Shown piece by piece: positions 58,097 to 64,000 of a DNA stretch of 64,000 nt. Below the pieces are notes generated by a model. The model made no database searches. It saw only the letters and a program-made list of their open reading frames with translations, and was not told the DNA's origin. Each line of letters opens with the position of its first letter. Positions within the stretch are counted from its first letter, which is position 1. The stretch is taken from the NCBI RefSeq assembly GCF_009914755.1, contig NC_060939.1. One strand, 5' to 3'. The position numbers and the translations under genes are program-made. Source of the stretch: the human T2T-CHM13v2.0 reference genome, Homo sapiens.

Positions 58097-58919
58097 TTAA
58101 CCTTGGAAGAGGGACACAGAGACACAGGGAGATTTAGGGGTCTCCAAGGGGTGGCAGGGCTGCAGGAAAAAGAGTCCTTTGGCACAACATAGTTTCTTGT
58201 GTCTACTGCATCCCAACTGGGTTTCTTCCCTGACATGTCTGAAGCCAGGCTCTCAAAAGGCTTGGTTTCCCTTGATTTGGCCCTTTTTCTGAGCCTAGTC
58301 TCCAGTTGTCTTGTGAATTCTATGAGGCACTAATATACTTTCCATAATTCTATCTCTGATGAAATTAGCCAGAGTTGGTTTATTTTGCACTTAAGAACCC
58401 TCGCCATATATCCTCTGATCTATTTGCAGTTTTAATCTCAGGATGGAAGCATGTGGGAGGCGAATGGGGATCACTAATCCTTCTCATGCTGTTAGGGGGA
58501 AACACAGGTGTGAACACATTGCTTCTGGGGTGCTTGTGTGTGTTTTAAATACATATATAACAATCTTACTGAGATACAAGTCACATACTATAATATTGAC
58601 CCTTTTAAAATATAGAATACAGTGGGTTTTAGTATATTCGCAGAGTTTAGCAATCTTTATTCTGGTTGTTAGTTTTTGTTTTGTCTTAAATAAAGCTCCT
58701 TTCAAGCGTTTCTTCAGACCCAAGGGACTACTCGGAATTTACACGACCTACTCCTGTCATGGCCTTTACACGGAGCAATTCCAAGGGTTTCCTTTATAAA
58801 TAACGTCGTATCTCCCTAATAGGAAGACGTCTGAGTAAGGTCACTTTTGGTGAGACATTTACAGTCTCTCATCTCTAAGCTCACTCAATTCACCTAATTT
58901 AATTCGAGCAGCTCACTCA

Positions 58920-59029
58920 TTCGCTCACTTATCGCAGACCCCGCCTCGGGACTGGGCCTCCCTGATTCGCTGGGGCCGAGTGACGTCCTCAGATCGCGAC
59001 CCTGGGAGTGGAGTGGGGGCAGCGTGGTT
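58920..59029 (+). promoter_or_regulatory. RPUSD2 promoter/5'UTR at the start of a CpG island; CRE-like gtgacgtc at 58980
   Basis: CpG-rich sequence immediately upstream of the ATG. Confidence 0.75.
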
Positions 59030-59635
59030 ATGTGGCTGGACCGCCGCGGATGGCTCAGGGTTCTTGGACATTGGCGCTACGACCTTAGGCGCCCTAGCTT
59101 TACCAGGACTTGGAGTGGCGATAAGGGCCCAATGGCAGAAACAGTGTCTACCCAGGTTGGGACAGAGGGCGGGCTGAGGGCTTCGCATCAGCAAAACGGT
59201 GACGCTGGTGGCGACGCGAAGGTTGAGCTGTCCCCCGGGCCCCCGAAGCCGGCTGGCCGGGAAGTGGAGCCGGCCCCAGTAGGCGGGGAGCATCCCTCGG
59301 CTGCAGCCCCAGGCCCGGGCAAGCATAAGAAGCGGCGGGGCGCAACCAGGGAGCGTGTCGTGCCGCCCCCGAAGAAGCGGCGGACCGGGGTGAGCTTCGG
59401 AGATGAGCACTTTGCAGAAACCAGTTATTACTTCGAGGGCGGCCTGCGTAAGGTGCGGCCCTATTACTTTGACTTCCGGACCTACTGCAAAGGTCGCTGG
59501 GTGGGCCACAGCTTGCTGCACGTCTTCAGTACCGAGTTCCGAGCTCAGCCCCTGGCCTACTATGAGGCCGCGGTCCGGGCGGGCCGCCTGCAACTCAACG
59601 AGAAGCCGGTGCAGGACCTCAACATCGTGCTCAAG
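59030..59635 (+). CDS. RPUSD2: RPUSD2 coding exon 1 (aa 1-202): N-terminal extension, basic NLS-like clusters, S4-like region
   Basis: ATG at 59030, MWLDRRGWLR...QDLNIVLK, donor AAG|GTGGAG at 59636; 606 nt, phase 0; lies in a CpG island. Confidence 0.97.
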
Positions 59636-60607
59636 GTGGAGTCCTGATGGGGCTGGCCAGAAGCGGGCGAGGAAAAGGGGCCGGGTTTTGTTTTGTTTTG
59701 TTTTGTTTTTTAGTCTTAGTAAAGCATAGGTACTGGATTAAAATCATGGCAATTCTAAAGCGTTCTCGCTTTCATTTGGAACACTATTTTAGCCCGTTTC
59801 CCACCTCCGCAAGTGGCCAGGGTGTCTGTGCTTCAGGACTCAGCCTGTTTATCCTCTTCCTCAAGGCAGCTTCCTTGTTTCCAAGGGACAGAAGTTGGAA
59901 TTTTCATAATTCCTTTAAACACCGTCTTGTGGCAAGGGCACTGATCACTTTACCCTGCGTTGTAGATCTCTGTGCAAATAGTAATAATAGGGGCTATCAT
60001 TTATGTCTCTTTACTGTGTGCTGGGCACAAAGTTAAACATTGTATGTCCACTAATTCTAATGACAGCCTTGTGAAGTAGGTATTGCCACTCCATTTTACC
60101 TCTGAGGAAACTAAGGAAACTCACAGGGGTAAGGCTATCAACAGTGCCACTACCAAAGCCTATGTTCCTATAACTACTACTTAAACTATTTAACATAGAG
60201 TTATGAGATGTCAGGGATAGAGACTAGAATTGTTTAGCCCAGTGCTTTGACTCCTTTAAAATTCCATCACATCTATGAGGTACCAGACACCCCTGTCAGA
60301 AGTAACACTGTTTACCTCTCAGTAACACTAGTTTACCATGGTTGTGAGTGGAGAAAAGGCGATTACAGCATTTGGGGAATGGATGGTTTTGGAGTAACTT
60401 GTTCCATTGATCAATCGATTTGCGTCAATATATCATACATTGACGAATTCCCTCTCCTATCCCAATTTCTAAAGCACAGATCTGGTCTAACCCTCACATT
60501 CCACAGGAAGCAGAGACCCAGAAAAGATAAATGACTTGCCCAAGAGCATGTAGCGAGCCTGTGGCAAATCCTGGTCTAGAGCCCATATCCCTGGACTTAA
60601 GCCTTAG

Positions 60608-60973
<366 letters not shown>

Positions 60974-61295
60974 AAAAAATTTTACCTTTTAAATACCTTT
61001 ATTGTAGAGAAAATACAATTAGCAAAGCCAAAAAACATTCATAATCTAACCACCCAGAGATAACACAGTTAACATTTTTGCATATGTCCTTCCAGTACTT
61101 TTTCAGTGCCAGCTATCTGCCTGTGTCTGTCTGTATTTTTACAAAATGAGATCACACTCTGCACACTGCTTTTTCAGCCCAAGATGTGCTTTCACCATTT
61201 TTCCATGTCAGTGAGGAACAGGGGAAGCTGGATATGAAGTTGACTGATTACAGGCTGCGGTCCCTAGGCTGACTTATTACCTATGTCTTTGACAG

Positions 61296-61592
61296 GACAA
61301 TGATTTCTTGCGGAACACAGTGCACAGGCATGAGCCACCAGTCACAGCAGAGCCCATTCGCCTGCTAGCTGAGAACGAAGATGTGGTGGTTGTAGACAAG
61401 CCTTCCTCCATTCCCGTTCACCCCTGTGGCCGCTTCCGACACAACACAGTTATCTTCATCCTAGGCAAGGAGCACCAACTCAAGGAGCTACACCCCTTGC
61501 ATCGGCTTGACCGCCTTACCTCAGGGGTGCTTATGTTTGCCAAGACAGCTGCAGTCTCTGAGAGAATTCACGAGCAGGTTCGGGACCGGCAG
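61296..61592 (+). CDS. RPUSD2: RPUSD2 coding exon 2 (99 codons) with RluA-family catalytic motif
   Basis: acceptor tttgacag|GAC, donor CAG|GTGAGT; encodes VVVVDKPSSIPVHP and HRLDRLTSG (catalytic Asp). Confidence 0.98.
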
Positions 61593-61845
61593 GTGAGTCA
61601 GGCTTTTGTCTCCTACAGGCCACTTCTTGGGCTCACGAATGCTCTGTGTCAAAAGGGCATCATGGAGTTCCGAAGTGGTCCTTCATATTTATCTGGCCAT
61701 CCTTCCTACCTTCCTACCTTAAGGCAGGTCAACACCTAAAGTGCCAAATGCAGGATATCTCATATGTTTCCAAAAAAATCTTTAGAGATGGCATACACTG
61801 CCTCTCTTAGTAGTTTGCTATTTTGAAGCTTTAAAATGCTGACAA

Positions 61846-62430
61846 GGCCAGGCTCACACCTGTAATCCCAGCATTTTGGGAGGCTGAGGTGGGAGGATAG
61901 CTTGAGCCCAGGAGGTAGAGACCAGCCTGGGCAAAATAGGGAGACCCTATCTCTACAAAAAAAAAAAAAAAAGGCCAGGCGCAGTGGCTCACGCCTGTAA
62001 TCCCAACACTTTGGGAGGCCGAGGCGGGCAGATCACGAGGTCAGGAGATCGAGGTCATCCTGGCTAACACGGTGAAACCCCGTCTCTACTAAAAAAAAAT
62101 ACAAAAAATTAGCTGGGCGTGGTGGCGGGCACCTATAGTCCCAGCTACTCGGGAGGCTGAGGCAGGAGAATGGTGTGAACCCAAGAGGTGGAGCTTGCAG
62201 TGAGCCGAATCGCGCCACCGCACTCCAGCCTGGGTGACAGAGTGAGACTCTGTCTCAAAAAAAAAAAAAAAACTTACCCTGGCATGGTGGCACATGCCTG
62301 TAGTCCCAGCTACTTGGGAGGCTGAGATAGGAGGATCACTTGGCCATGGGAGGTTGAGGCTGCAGTGAGCCATGAGCATGTCACTGCGTTCCAGCCTGAG
62401 CTATAGAACAAGACTCCGTCTCAAAGAAAT
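61846..62430 (+). mobile_element. AluJ with a nested AluY (61973-62272) in RPUSD2 intron 2
   Basis: left arm, full inner Alu, right arm. Confidence 0.92.
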
Positions 62431-62658
62431 AAATTAACATAAGAAAATAAAGTGCTGACAGGCTGAGCAAGGCTTTTAAGATTATGGGGAGAGCCTGCTT
62501 GGTGAAAAGATTCTAGATGTAGTTGGAAAAGTCTTGGGTAGAGGAGTTTAATGGTAATGATTGTTGTCCTGAGACTTGTAATTCTGGATCTGAATCATAA
62601 TACATTTATTGAGTGCATGCTATATACCAGGCTTAGTATCAAGCACATTAGAGCCTAA

Positions 62659-63073
<415 letters not shown>

Positions 63074-63220
63074 TAAGTAATGTACCCAAGATCGCAAAAC
63101 TGGCGAATGGTAGAGCTGGAGTTTGAATTTTCTGACACTGGTCCTTATCACTCCACAAAGAGTTTGGACTCCATGAATTTAGGCTTTGTACTGACTTTCT
63201 CCCTCTTCCCTCCTATGTAG

Positions 63221-63955
63221 CTGGAGAAGGAGTACGTGTGCCGGGTGGAAGGGGAGTTCCCCACTGAGGAAGTGACCTGTAAAGAACCCATCTTAGTGGT
63301 GTCTTACAAAGTAGGGGTGTGCCGTGTAGATCCCCGGGGCAAGCCCTGTGAGACAGTGTTCCAGAGGCTAAGCTACAATGGCCAGTCCAGTGTGGTACGG
63401 TGCCGGCCACTCACAGGCCGCACACACCAGATTCGAGTCCACCTTCAGTTCTTGGGCCATCCCATTCTCAACGACCCCATCTACAACTCAGTTGCCTGGG
63501 GTCCTTCTCGAGGCCGGGGCGGCTACATTCCCAAGACAAACGAGGAGTTGCTACGGGACCTGGTAGCAGAGCACCAGGCCAAACAGAGCCTGGATGTGCT
63601 AGATCTCTGTGAGGGTGACCTGTCCCCAGGACTCACAGACTCTACGGCCCCCTCCTCAGAGTTGGGCAAGGACGACCTGGAAGAGTTGGCTGCAGCTGCC
63701 CAGAAGATGGAGGAAGTAGCTGAGGCAGCCCCTCAGGAGTTGGACACAATAGCCTTGGCATCAGAGAAGGCAGTTGAAACAGATGTCATGAATCAAGAGA
63801 CAGACCCACTCTGTGCAGAGTGCCGGCTGGTGCGACAGGATCCCTTGCCCCAAGACCTTGTGATGTTCCTACATGCCCTACGCTATAAAGGGCCAGGCTT
63901 TGAGTACTTTTCACCAATGCCTGCCTGGGCACAGGATGACTGGCAAAAGGACTGA
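63221..63955 (+). CDS. RPUSD2: RPUSD2 coding exon 3 (244 aa + TGA)
   Basis: pyrimidine tract then tatgtag|CTG; motifs [26 protein letters not shown]; 202+99+244 = 545 aa. Confidence 0.98.
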   Translation: MEKEYVCRVEGEFPTEEVTCKEPILVVSYKVGVCRVDPRGKPCETVFQRLSYNGQSSVVRCRPLTGRTHQIRVHLQFLGHPILNDPIYNSVAWGPSRGRGGYIPKTNEELLRDLVAEHQAKQSLDVLDLCEGDLSPGLTDSTAPSSELGKDDLEELAAAAQKMEEVAEAAPQELDTIALASEKAVETDVMNQETDPLCAECRLVRQDPLPQDLVMFLHALRYKGPGFEYFSPMPAWAQDDWQKD

Positions 63956-64000
63956 GGGTGTGGCCAATGGAGGGATTGCTTCTTGGGTTGTGACAAGGAT

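Noticed and set aside
58925-59593. 222-aa antisense ORF over RPUSD2 exon 1
   Set aside because: Shadow ORF of a GC-rich coding exon with a non-ATG start

Overview
Human (primate) genomic DNA, recognisable from its proteins as the CCDC32/RPUSD2 locus (15q15.1). It holds two complete protein-coding genes arranged head-to-head about 4.3 kb apart. CCDC32 (C15orf57) is on the minus strand with 3 coding exons (185 aa) plus an in-frame upstream start giving 194 aa. RPUSD2 is on the plus strand with 3 exons (545 aa, RluA-family pseudouridine synthase). The first ~42 kb carry no constitutive coding exons. They contain an orphan CpG island, a processed MRPL42 pseudogene, a U6 retrocopy and dense repeats (more than 50 Alu pieces, L1, L2, L3/CR1, MIR, MaLR/solo LTRs, Tigger). 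Almost all ORFs in the supplied track are Alu/L1/microsatellite artefacts. The most interesting signals are: (1) a duplicated splice-acceptor module and a third distal acceptor that could give CCDC32 alternative C-termini; (2) direct repeats bracketing CCDC32 exon 3; (3) a TSD-flanked templated insertion; (4) an RFX X-box beside a CLEAR-like E-box at the CCDC32 promoter; (5) dual mitochondrial/nuclear targeting signals in RPUSD2; (6) a symmetric RPUSD2 catalytic exon flanked by inverted Alus. Repeat subfamily calls and boundaries were made by eye and are approximate. I see no evidence for a wholly new gene system.
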